NCBI GenBank assembly: GCA_049999805.1 | Contig: JBNGIO010006249.1 | Coordinates: 255,589-319,588, forward strand | Reading direction: 5' to 3' | From: Folioceros fuciformis | Taxonomy: Eukaryota | Length of the DNA stretch: 64,000 nt | Part shown: positions 1 through 12,030 of the stretch, piece by piece | Position numbering within the stretch: position 1 is the stretch's first letter | Layout of the letters: each line of letters begins with the position of its first letter | Notes under the pieces: generated by a model | Databases searched by the model: none | Told to the model about the DNA's origin: nothing | The model's input: the letters and a program-made list of their open reading frames with translations, nothing else | Program-made: the position numbers and the translations under genes

Positions 1-2838
1 CTCCTTTTCTTGCTTTGGGCCCATCCAAGTCCCATATTGTGATTGGATAAGTTAGATATCTGTATTATCCATACTATTTAAAGTATTATATATATATATA
101 ATTAAAATTAAAATTTATAGAATTGGATTATAGTGATTGGAAATACCTATTTTCATAAAACAAATACCATGTAACATTTATAGAAAAATAATATTCAACC
201 TTACTCTTCAACTAGGAAGTACCTTAACCTCTAACATTTATAGAGGTAACATTTAGTGAGGTAACATTTCCAGAGGGTGGACCGCACATGCATATTTGAG
301 AGATTCTTAGGTATATTCCCGTATACAGTATGCATTAAAAAAGAAAAGAGAAGTGTGCAGCGGCTGTACGTATCGTATTCCGCAGTGCACACCTAGACAT
401 TGCCTGTGATGAGAAAACCACCTGACGGCCATAGAAGAAGAAAAAGGAATTTATTAGAGTCCACGATTACCATCCCTTCCAGAAACTCGACTTGCCATCT
501 TGCCGTCTGAGTGGCCTTGAGCGTGGTTTGAAGATGACATGAGCGGGGCCACCAGATTCTGTGACTGTTGCGTGGCGCTGCCCTCTTGCGAGTGTGGGCA
601 ATGCAACTTTGGAGCTTATTCCTTGTATAAATCAAGATCCATACCTAGACGAATCGCCCTCCTTCGCAAAAACTCGAGAAACCAATCGAGTTGTGGCAAG
701 TGGTCCCTCGGACAAAACCACAAACCACACAGGCAAGAAAAGGAGGCCACACGACTGCATCATGGACGACAGAGATCGAATAATGTACGGGGAGTCTGAT
801 TCCCATGAACATACTTTGGTGGGCAGCTCTCCACGCTTTTGGCATTTTCGGTGCATGTTGATGCCTTGAGCGTGGTCTGTTTGGGTGCGGTGGCTTGAAG
901 TGGACATGTATGCAAACTGCGGCAGCTGGGAGCAAAGGGGTCACATGGAATGCCAATAGCAGTGCATCTTCAGCAGCGGACGGGGCAGTTTGTACAGCGC
1001 TATGCAGGACGCGATGACATGGGTGCACCCGATTCAGTCACTTTGTGTGGCAGTGCTGGAGGCAGGCACAGCTGTAGAGGTGGGGGCAACCCAGCTTTCG
1101 AGACGGACGTTCGAACGCATGGGCCTCACGTCCTCGTTCATTGGTGTATGCTTGAATCTGTGCAATCGAATGCCCTGCTGCGAACGGCAAGCCGGGTCAT
1201 GCACAAAGCATGCGTCAGCCAAGAAGGACATAAAACAGAACTTGTAGTGTGACAGGGCAACATGCTGAGAGGGTCTGTCGAAAATTGAGTATCTGCATCC
1301 TGTCTGAACGACATCACGCTTCCCGAGCTATTTCCTTCATCCTGCAGGGCCTTGTAGACTTACTCCATGAAAACCCTGTATTGATTTTAGTGACGCGTTC
1401 TGGCTTTGGGACTCTGAAATGTAGCAACACACTATACCCGAGTGCCGCCGACGGTTTGCCCAAAACTTAACACCCCAGGGTGCAGTTCAGAACCTTGCAG
1501 ACACCCATCTGTTCGAAAGCCGGACTTTTGCAGAACAGCTCTGAATCATGTCCTGGTTTTGGAACACGTGTTTTCCCGAAGCATCCTTTCGTACTCATCG
1601 CCCAGAAAAATCTATAGTCTTTATCTCTGCTGAGCTTAGCATTATCGTCATCACCATCACCCCACGGTGGTTGCCTGTAAGAACGTAGTGTCCTTCCCCC
1701 GTCGTCCTAGTTCTGTCCTCTCTACTACAGCTCCTCAGAAAAAGTCTCCAGACGCCAAAACTTTCTACGGATTCAGTTGAAACACTTCCACAGGAAACAC
1801 TTCGGGCAATTGTTCCAATCCTTCGTAAAGGTAGTCCTGTATACAACATTAGAACAAGAAAGAGCCGACTGCTACCACTTCAGCTTGCTCAGGCCATGTC
1901 ACAGGGAAATTGAACTCATAACCTCAAGTTCGGCATCGTTTGGGAAAGCCCCATTCGCATGTGAGGCTGTGAGTTGTTCCTTAACTCAGCGGGAGCTGGC
2001 TGTCAGCTCTAGATCTTCTCGTTAAGAGCTCGGGATTGGACAGCCATGCCAGAGGCCAGGATTGTCTTAGCCAAGGATCCAACTAGACCGTCTAGTTAGA
2101 TAGAGAGCTCTGACTAGTCTTCTTGGCCAGCTTTGGTAACAGGGCACTTGGGATGTGTTTGGCAGAGAGCACGGCAGCAGCAGTGTGATCTTCGTCCCAA
2201 TAATTCCGTTCCCAAAGATGCCACAGGTCTGGCAGTATTCCAAGCTTATGTGTCATGTATCGTCACACGGACCCAGTAGGAACCACAGTGGTGTAGGTCC
2301 TTGTGATGCATCAACCGGCTTCTCCCGTCATTGATCAATCTTCAGAACTAGCCAGGAACTCTTATCACAAGGCTTTCTTGTGATACTAAACGCGTGTCTT
2401 GGGAAATGCAAACCTTACGGTGACTGATTCGCTGATCAGGTCGAAGAATGGCTGCAATGAGGAAGAATACTTTTGTACATCCATGAAAAACCATCCTTGC
2501 TGCTGATGCACAAGCTACAAATACTGATTGCATATTATGTTATGTTAATACTAAACATCAAAGAGCTAATGGCTCGAAACAAAAATTTTGCACAAGTCTG
2601 GAGTTCGATAACACTACAAGAGGCGAGAGATGATGAGCAGTCACGGCCCACACAATAATCAAGGTCTAGCGCTAGCCTCAACGCTTTGGGAGGGAAGCCG
2701 GAAGGGAAAGCTGAAGAGTTGGAATCTTAGATGATGCGAGGGAGAAGAGCTCAGAAGATGACAACAGAGTTGTGGTACCGGTGTGGAGAAAAGACTGAAG
2801 TGGTGATGGATAGAGCGGGAGAATTGGGATGGAGATTG

Positions 2839-3828
2839 TCAATGATAGACCTCAATCTTGTGGTGACGATCTCTGTATGTGCCGGCCAGAATGTCCCACC
2901 AGGTGAAGTAGAGGGAGCGGTTGTAGCGCGGGTCCAGGTGGTGGATGAAGTGGTGCTTGGGCCGCTGGGCGAAGGGAGTGAGCAAGACACCAAGGGAACC
3001 CGGCCCGTACACCCACAGCGGCAAGTGGTAGCCGCAGTGACCCATGAGGTCCACGCCGTTCACGGCCCACGCCAGGAACAACAGGCGCAGCACGTTGTAC
3101 GAAGCCTGGCGGTAGAGCCAGAACATTAGCGCGGCGTAGAAGGGGGAGAAGGTGAGCGCGACGTCGAACAGGTCGCCGTAAGCAGTGCTGAAGACGGTGA
3201 TATCGCCCTTGGTGGCGTGGTGCCACTGGTGGAAGTTGCGGTAGATGGGCTTGAGCTTGTGCATCACTGAGTGCACCCCCCAGAAGTAGAGGTCGTGCAG
3301 GAACATGACCGCCCACGTGAATATCCAGGCGCTGGCCGCCTCGCTCCAAGAGGGCACGAACTGCGCCTTCTCCAGATACGCCTTCCTGCACCATCACCAC
3401 CATCAGCCAGCCACCCAGGCTCCGATGATCTAGCTGGCTCCATGTATGGAGCTGGAGCGATCCGTGACGACCGTCACGACAGTGCACGTGCTAGCAGCAG
3501 CGTTAACCTACCTGCCCAGCCAGACAAGGGCGGCGATGGGCATTGGCCCCACGGCCACTGCCCAGAAGCTCTCCTTCCTGTAATTCACCATCGTGACGGG
3601 AATGGAGGGCGCCAGCCGCCGGATTGCGCCCCGCCGTTCCAGATACGTCAGCGTGTAGAACCACAGGTGCTCGAAGAGGGCGTGGCCGATAGCGACGGCG
3701 AAACCTCCCAGGACGCCCGCCAGCAGCAACAGGCCCACATTCGCAGCTCTTCCCCACCATTGCTCCACATCGATGTCCTGCTGCCCCGACACCAGGCCCA
3801 GGAGCTTGTGCAAGGTCGCGCCCACCAT
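2839..3828 (-). CDS. Fatty acid hydroxylase / sterol desaturase superfamily membrane di-iron enzyme (~287 aa, 2 exons: 3828-3512, 3385-2839)
   Basis: Two ORF-track pieces join through a 126-nt GT-AG intron (3511-3386) with the frame preserved. Histidine boxes HSVMH, HQWHH and GHCGY...HHFIHH, a YNRSLYFTWWD.LAGT tail, and several hydrophobic segments are typical of the family. Confidence 0.88.
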
Positions 3829-4401
3829 GCCTCCACCTCCGATATCCGTCTTCCCCTACACTCACTACCGGTGAGCCACGGTGATATGGGCTGCTGTCGA
3901 GGCAATCGCGCCCTGGAGGGATCCGCTTCATTTCAATTGTCATTTCAATTGCGGTAGTGCGGCAGCCGCTGCAGGGTGCAGCGTTCACGGACCACGTGGC
4001 GGGTGCATGGCCGGACTATGTAACCTACTTCAAGTGGAGAGGGAGTTCTATAGCTGCTGTGTGCGTGCCTGGGTGGCCCAGATCTTCTACCCGAACATAG
4101 TGCGCCACATAGTCAGCATTACTTTACGACAGTATGGCATACCAAAGCCGTCACAGAACTTCTCCTTGTGTCCGAAGAGACAAGACACCATACCAGACAA
4201 AAAAAGGGAAAGAACAACGCGCAGCATGGCGTTGCACCGAAGCCGTGCGACACTAGCCACAAAAGGTTGTCACTGACAAGATTGCAAACCAACACACTTA
4301 AATCTCAGTCATGCAAGCTTCATGTTGTTCTCCGCCCATCGTTCACCTTACAACCTTACCATCGCTGTTTCATTGTTTCGGGTTATCCATTAGCAGTCTA
4401 C

Positions 4402-4669
4402 GATCATGATTGCGTTGTTCAAGGTATTGGGTATCAATTACCAGTCTAAGATCATGNNNNNNNNNNNNNNNNNNNNNNNNNNNNNNNNNNNNNNNNNNNN
4501 NNNNNNNNNNNNNNNNNNNNNNNNNNNNNNNNNNNNNNNNNNNNNNNNNNNNNNNNTTGCGTTGTTCAAGGTATTGGGTATCAATTACCAGTCTAAGATC
4601 ATGCTTGCGTTGTTCAAGGTATTGGGTATCAATTACCAGTCTAAGATCATGCTTGCGTTGTTCAAGGTA
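4402..4669. repeat. 48-bp tandem repeat (cttgcgttgttcaaggtattgggtatcaattaccagtctaagatcatg) spanning an N-gap
   Basis: Near-identical units occur on both sides of the gap at 4457-4556, so the true copy number is unknown. Confidence 0.9.
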
Positions 4670-7469
4670 AGCAGCCCACGATGGTCTTTCAATGATTCGG
4701 GTTCGCTACGTAGATTGGAGCAGAATTCCTGGTGGAAAAACCTAGCAATATGTTGCCAATTAAGTCCCTTGGTCTCAAAGGCCACCGAGCAAACACAGAA
4801 AACCCAACAATTCTTAAAAAAAACTCCAATATGAAATTCATTTTGAAAAACTCCAATATGAAATTCATTTTGTAGCAACAACAAAGCAAGGAGGGGTCCA
4901 AAAGCAGGTGGCCTACCTACTTCTAAGCCTGCTTCAAAAGGTGAGGAGGAAAGCACTCACATGGATGGGAAATAGAGGTTGTGGTCATGTAGGCAAGTGA
5001 GGTTGGGTTGCAGACATTGGTTGCAACCTACAGAGTGAGATAGCCCTATGGACACAAGGGTGTTGGTGTATGCTATACAAGATCGACCACTTTTGGAGGT
5101 AGCAAGAAGTAGCGGTTTCTCTACAAGGCTTACATGCTAGATCTACAAGTGAGCAACAAGCAAGTGAACTATGAGCTAAAGAACCCATGGCATATGCACT
5201 CCTTATATGAAGCGTTCGTGCCAATAATGGGAAAGGAGCTTGAAATTTTGTTCCCCATTTGTAATTTGCACATAGTGAGGAAAATGATGTTTGCAAATGG
5301 GGATATACTAGGCCATATTCCATCAATGGCCTTCCAAGAAGCAGAGTGACTTGTAGTATGATGCATACAGAAGTGGCATCATCGTCCTCCACACCAAGGG
5401 TTGATGATGGTGGTAAGTACACGATACTAGAATTGCAATTCGCAAGCACACATGCTCCAGAAGAGCAAAAATTGAAAAACTATTATAGGGGTGAGTTGTT
5501 GTAGGCTTGTGTGAACCTATGTGACTTGAGTTGAGAATTGCCTATGTAGGAGTTAAAAGAGACAAAAGATAAGGCCCACCATTCTAGCTTATAAAGGTAG
5601 AAGGGTGGTGAGGCCAATGTAGAGACAATTGCAAATTTGCAGCAATCACAAAGCGAAATGTTGTACCAATGACAATGACGTGTTGCAATTTCCATGCTGT
5701 GTAAGAGTCGTGTTGTCCTACCACTATTGAAACGTAAGATTAAACTTTTGTAGCTACAATGGGATGAATGCATAATGCTAATGCATTTGTTGCTTTTACT
5801 AAGCTCTTGCGAACAATTGTTCTAAACCCTTTTGTTGTTCCACAATTGCTTAACCTAGTGAGACACATTGCTCGCAAGCAACCGTGTGCAAACCTCAAAA
5901 TCTCTTCTTGCAGGTTTAGCAAGCTGAACGCGGTCTTCTACAGAGATGATCATATGTGAAGCACACCCTATCTTCAATTCCATGAAGCACACTTGCAAGC
6001 TTTCCTAAAGATGTTAGCTTTCCGATGAAGAAAACCTTCCAAGATTGAGGAGTGATGTGAGGTTGTTCCCGTGAGGAGAGTTGTCTATGGTATGAGAGAG
6101 TGGAAAGAGTATGTTGGACATGGACATAATATATATGGCCCCAACTTGAACTATTGTATACTAAATTGAATAGAGGGGAGGGCCAACTAGTTTAGGGCTT
6201 TCATATGGGGTATCTATAGGCATATAATCCTGGATGCTCTTCTTGTTAGTGTACACGTTCGGAGATCAATGTCTGCTTTTGGGATCACCCTGAAAGCGTT
6301 TATCGGTGATCAATGTCCACTTTAGGGATCACCTTGAAAGCGTTTATTTTAGCCACAGTAGTCACTGAAAATTGTGCTGTGTAAAGCTTAGGGTACGAGG
6401 GGGGAGAGCGCATGATCTAGACCAAGTCCAAGATCTCCAAGTCCTTGCCATAGTCCCATGAGTCTCAAGAGCAAGGGGATGAAAGCATGCCCATCTGGCA
6501 AGGGAGAATACTTATGGACTTTGGCTGTGCGAGCATGCATGTCGGGATTGGGGAGTGGTGTTACAAATCATACCTTTTCTTCCAATTACTTGGAATACAT
6601 GCTACCTTTTCTTCCAATTACTTGGAATACATGCTTTATATAGGAACTACTTCACGTCATATCGCTTGAGATTTTGATCCTAATGTCAGTCAAGGTCAGG
6701 AAGTCGGGCCCCAAAATTCCTGCCCCTTTGAGTACGAAGCACGTTTCCCCATCTCTTGGCCGTGTGATATATGTTCCACTAATCCGAGGACATTGTTATT
6801 TTCTTAAAAAGTATTAGTTACTTCAAGGGCACGAGATTGGTGGTTACTTAAATATTTATAGATATTATATTAGGCAATATTTTGTTTTAAGCATGCAGGA
6901 CAAGAGAACTTTGTACCTCGAATCTTCCAACACACATAACCATAAGTAAATCCAGAAAACATGATTGGAACTTCAATGATTCATTGACAAACATAACTGC
7001 TCTCCCAAAAACTTCCAAGCAAAGCATGATCAACACAAATCCCACATGCCAAGGAACCATCAAACAATGCATAGGTTTTCCACCTGCCCAAAATGCTGCA
7101 AACATGCCGACAACTGAAAAACTTGCAAAGCACAAGCAATACGAAGCTTGCTTTCTATTCCGAAGCCTACTATTCCGCTACTACAGGCTCAACCTTGCCT
7201 ATAGGGCCTAAGACTCAAAAGTACAAGCTGAGAAGCTTGCAAGGTCGAGAAGTCGGAGCAAGCTGAGAGGCCTGCAAGGTTTCTTGACGTCTCACAGTTT
7301 GACTCTAGGCAGCTAGGAGACTTGTAAGACCTTTTAGCCTCTCATAGGCTGGAGGTGTTTGTGGGCTACAAGGTATGTGACACCTTCCACTATGTGAGAG
7401 GAGGTGACCATGGCCGCCGCTAGCCTATGGCCTAGAAAAGGCCTCCGTGCCCTCGTCCAGGAGGGGAGG

Positions 7470-7830
7470 TCAGTGCTTGCCCTTGCACCCCTCGCGGCGC
7501 ACTGTCGTGTGTAAGTCCTCGTTGCACTCCACCATGGAGTGCTCCCTAAGCAAACGCTGAGAGACATCAGCGAACAGCTTCCACTCACGAGTGATGCTGT
7601 CGTAGACAGCAACGACCGTAAACAACCCAGACTTGAAACCAGCGCGTCGGAGGGTGGGACTTGGCTGTCCAACCTCAAGGACGTGAACCTTGAGGTCGAG
7701 AATCGTCTCTGTTGTTGAGGAGACCGTTCCCGCCAATCCGTCTTAAAAAACCCAACAATTCTCAAGCATGGGCAAAACTTGGAACTTCTTGTTGCAAGGA
7801 TTGGACAGACACACAGGAAGGAGACGGCTC
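7470..7830 (-). pseudogene. F-box-associated (kelch/FBA-like) gene fragment
   Basis: The minus frame reads LPVCLSNPCNKKFQVLPMLENCWVF*...VVAVYDSITREWKLF. These are the CNPxTxxxxxLP and VYDSxTxxW motifs of plant F-box C-terminal domains, with an in-frame stop. Confidence 0.5.
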
Positions 7831-8452
7831 ACGCACACGAAGTCGTACAGTGAACACTTGTGAACGTGTGTCTCGTAAGGCTGAGAAACTTCTGGCAGGA
7901 AAGAGAGATAACTTCCAGACCGTTGTGCAGCATGGTGTGTGCCATGATCAAGGAGCGCTCATCTCTAAGCTCGTGTTCTGTCCGTCAGGTGAAGCATAAG
8001 TCGGGGAACATGCCTCCAAGGCCGTGGAGCTTGTCCCAGTAAGACAGCTGGAGGCCTTGAGGGTTTTATCCACACGTGTTTCAATAAGGCGAGTGCCCAA
8101 CCTCGGTCACCTCGCATCTTCACCTCCGGTTCAACTCGGTCATACTGGCAACGCAGAGATGGGCCTGTCCAGAAGAATCACCCTGATCAACTTGATTCCT
8201 TCCGGGATCAGAGTTGCCCGGCAAACGACAAGGCGTCTATCTCTGCGTGGCTTAGGTTCAGGTGTTCACATCGAATGAGCTGAAAGTGACAGCACACTGC
8301 CGGTGAAGGTTTTCAAGGGGTATACCGGAGGTGAAAAGTCACACAACACGGGGGACGAGCTCCCCTCCCTCGAGGTTGTGTTGTGAAAGCACAGACTCTG
8401 GTGCAAAGGCATTGTCCACTGCTTCCAGGCATCAAAACGCAACTACTACTAA

Positions 8453-10390
8453 TCAAAGGCCATGAGCCTCCGGACACACCAAGTCCACTTCAGACGGACG
8501 GTCAGTCCTGGGTGTTGCCAAAGAGCAATAAGCAAACAACTGGAAAGGTGAGTTGTTTAGCGGCCAGGTGACCTCTACAACCGGATTCGACCACCTTCTT
8601 AAGTTTGCGGCGTGAGCGCGGGTGAAATCGATATTGCCTTGAATCCACAGATATGACAGACTAAACAAACTACCCTCCCCAAGGTGGAACATGGGCAGGA
8701 GCGAGTCGGCGATGCAATCACCAGATAGGGGACAGTCCCGGATTTCCAGCTTTTCCAAGCGGCGAAGGCCTCGCTCTCCCACGCCTGGGCCTAGATGCCT
8801 CATCCCCGTTCCAGAGCAGCCGGCGCAACCCAGAAGCAGCCACCTGAGATGACCACCGTAAATACCAATATATTCCAGCCCAATATCGGTAAGCGCACCA
8901 TACCTGTGGGCATAGAAGGCCAGCCGCTTCAAGCTGAGGCAGCCCCGCAAAACATCTTTCACACCATCGTCATAGTTTTCCTCCGAGACCTCTTCTCCTG
9001 CGTGGACGAGTATGAAACGAAAGTCCCTCATTTGCAGGCAATTCCTGCCGATGGCACTGAAAGCCGCGTTTGTCATGTCCTTGGCATAGACAAGGAAATG
9101 CTCAAGTCGCGGGCAGCCTTCCGCCACAGCCAGTATTCCGCGCTGAGTAACCTTGGCCTCAGTATCGTGCACAACGCGTTCAACACGAAGCCTCCTGAGA
9201 TTCCCACAATGGAGTCCAATGGCAACGAGCACAGCGTCCTCGACATCATGAGAGACCTGCCACCACAGCACATTTCAGTGTCAGCAACTGTGCAATAAAC
9301 GGGATATGTGCATCCCCCAGCTCCAGCCTAGACTGCGAATACATGTGCACCTCCACATCTTCAAGATTTCCACACCACGAAAACAGCTCAGCAAAGCCAG
9401 CCGTAGACAGGGCAGGAGTAGCTTTCAAGTCGATCTTCACAAGCCTCGGACCGAAAGCACGAAGGTGGGGAAGATAGGAATCCGGGACGTTATGCAACCC
9501 TGAAAGTGACACCAGGGCCCGTGGCAGAGGCACACTTTGATCCTCCGCGTTATCCTCGTCGGCAAAACAGCCTGTTGCAAGCTCAGTCAGGCCAACTGCC
9601 CGTTGCAGAAAACGGCGCAACGATCTCTGCTGGATGAATGCCGGAACCTTCAAGGACCTGAGGGAGATGGGAAGCCTCTCCAGGTCCTGCACGTCGATGC
9701 TGGAGTCTTCCAAGCAGTCGACATCCAAAACCTCTAACACTCGGTTGTTGAGCGCCAGCTCGTGCAACCACAGGGTTCCTCTATTCCACACCTTGCTCTC
9801 TTGAAGACTCAAAACTCGCAACGACCTGCCGCAGAACCAACCACAGCAGCAAGGGTGAGGCAAAAAACCACTCTCCATCCGACTTCCTACCAACTCCACA
9901 TGCACACACCGCCGTACCGGCATCCCTGCGCGAGAAACTGAAGACCCGTTGTGGAAAAACCATCACACAGCTGCAGCCTCAACTCCTGCAGTCTGCTGAA
10001 CCCCAAAGCAGCCAGGTCCTCGTCGGTAACAAACATCCGCTTGAGGTGCAACGACACGAGATGCGGATACGAATCCTTTATCTCCAGCACCCAGAGGCGG
10101 GCATGACCTCCCCAGTTGGCCACCACGAGGTCATAGTCCGCTGCCCGAGGCCTGCCTCTAATCTTGATGTGAGTCAGGTTCCGGAAGCGTCTGGTGAGGC
10201 GGAACGGCTCCGCTGCATACATATGCTTCACCACGATCTGAGACCTGGTCTCCCCGTCCACCTCATGCCACAGCCGGCTCACACAGGACAGCGCATGCCG
10301 GTCCTGCGTGCTACAAAAGTCAAGGATGCGTTCCATCACCCTCTTGGGGGGCTGGAAAGGCGACCTCACCCTGTTGTTGCGGTCGCCCAT
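8453..10390 (-). CDS. COI1: COI1-like F-box/LRR hormone co-receptor (TIR1/COI1 family), ~583 aa, 3 exons: 10390-9918, 9825-9351, 9256-8453
   Basis: N-terminal F-box (DRHALSCVSRLWHEVDGETR) and motifs GRPRAA...NWGG, LRRLRVER, DFRF, AFY, RWLLLG, KLEIRDC, YLWIQG and a C-terminal AYCSLATPRTD. Introns of 92 and 94 nt (GT-AG) give the 3-exon layout of the family. Exact clade (COI1 versus a non-canonical sister clade) needs a tree. Confidence 0.88.
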
Positions 10391-11735
10391 GGATAACTCC
10401 GCGGCCTGCAACCCGCCCGCACCAATGTCATCCGACGACTTCCATTTGCAAGTAATATTTCATCCCGCCGTCACCTCCGCCAGCCCCGCCTTCCATGCCA
10501 CCCGTCCTCTACAACAAAACACACAGCGCACAGTCATGCATGCGACCCTTCAGCTGCCGGAAGCACGTGTGCAGCCTGCTGCCATGTCCGGGTACGGCCA
10601 TTCCCATGATCCGCAGCTTGCAACACCAGGGGAGGAATCCCCTGACAACCATTGCAAAGCGAGGGGGGAGGCGGAGAAACACCAGGAGCAGCGAGCAGAC
10701 AGATAGCAGAGCAACGTCCGTCGGTCGTCTCGCCCTGCTGCTTCCTGCACATTACCTGGCTGTGGAGCAGGAAATGCGTGAAGGGGATCCGCTCCAACTG
10801 CGGCCGCCGCGAAGCCGCAGCTTCAGGCTTTTCCACCGAAGGACCAGGGTTCCGGGTTCCTGCCCTCATTCCCGCACGACCATAAATGGGTCGACGCCTC
10901 TCACAAATTGCGTCCGTCTGTCGTCAATGCAACGCAAGTGGCCCGTGCCCGGGCCCGGTCCAGCACCACGGCATTTCCGGACACTGATCTTGCCCTTTTC
11001 ACACTCTTGCCCGTCTGTGTCCGGGCCCCCCATCTTCGCTTCCTACCCTGACGAAAATTCCTTCTGTCCGAGTTGGCCCGGTGGAACCTACCACCTACTG
11101 TAGCTGCTTGCTACAGTTCCCCCCTACTGTCCACAACAAAGTTGCCGTCATAAGACGAGGAGCTCGACGGACGGACGGACACAAACGGCTCGAACTACTG
11201 ACGGTTAAAGGGCATTCGCAGTCGAACCTCGATTTCGCCACGTGCCTATTTTTGAAACAACTCCCGATACTGCATAGAACGTGCTACGAATTTCGTGGCT
11301 GTGGGGTGAATAATAGTTTTTTTTAGTTTATATTTATTTTTTATATGCAACCCATAGCATATTCCTTCATGTTATTATCCATAAGTTCATAGCCTTCTTC
11401 TCCTACACTATTCATCATTAGTTATTTATTGTATTATAAGAATTTTGCTGAGATATTTCTTTGTTACTTTATGAGGATCAAAAGGAGGAGATGAATCTTG
11501 TAATATAATATGATGATAATGAAGGGACGTGGATTCGTTTTTTTCATTAGTTCCTTGCCATGTTAGAACGATCATGGAGCACGTTCATGATTCTCACAGC
11601 TATGATGGTCATTGTGATCATAATCTCAAGCGCAGAGCACACAATATCATAACTATGTCTACAAGTGAGCTTATTGTGGAGATTTGTGTTTTTCTTCCTC
11701 TGGAAGATGAGGCAGACACCTTCTTCACCATAATG

Positions 11736-12030
11736 TCTTGTGGAAATGGAGAGAATGATTCTCATGAAAAAACATCGATCATTATGGCTGATGGCCACAT
11801 ATAGGAAAGTATAAACCGCTATTCGGTTTGGATAGTTTGATGGCCACATATAGGAAAGTATAAACCGCTATTCGGTTTGGGTAGTTTAATTGTTCCTAAC
11901 TACACTAACTGCGATATTTACTATTTACTCTTATGTGTGCTTAAGCAGGGTAAACGAAATGTGCCCTAAAAATGTTGTGCATCGATCCACGGTGTATGTC
12001 AGCAGTACCCGAACGCGCGGTGCGCCAACA
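11736..12030 (-). repeat. 3' LTR of the copia element, with an internal ~47-bp tandem duplication
   Basis: Aligns with 19340-19596. The unit gatggccacatataggaaagtataaaccgctattcggtttgg occurs twice here and once in the other LTR. Confidence 0.9.

Noticed and set aside
3271-3957. Long antisense/alternative-frame ORFs over GC-rich genes (also 41177-42040, 43687-44412, 45951-46421, 8795-9298)
   Set aside because: Shadow ORFs of real genes on the opposite strand; no recognisable motifs.
4406-4834. ORFs with repeated LALFKVLGINYQSKIM
   Set aside because: They arise from a 48-bp tandem repeat read through an N-gap; no other coding evidence.
4700-7300. Possible transposase remnants with short local duplications
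   Set aside because: No family motif could be read in any frame; too decayed to call.
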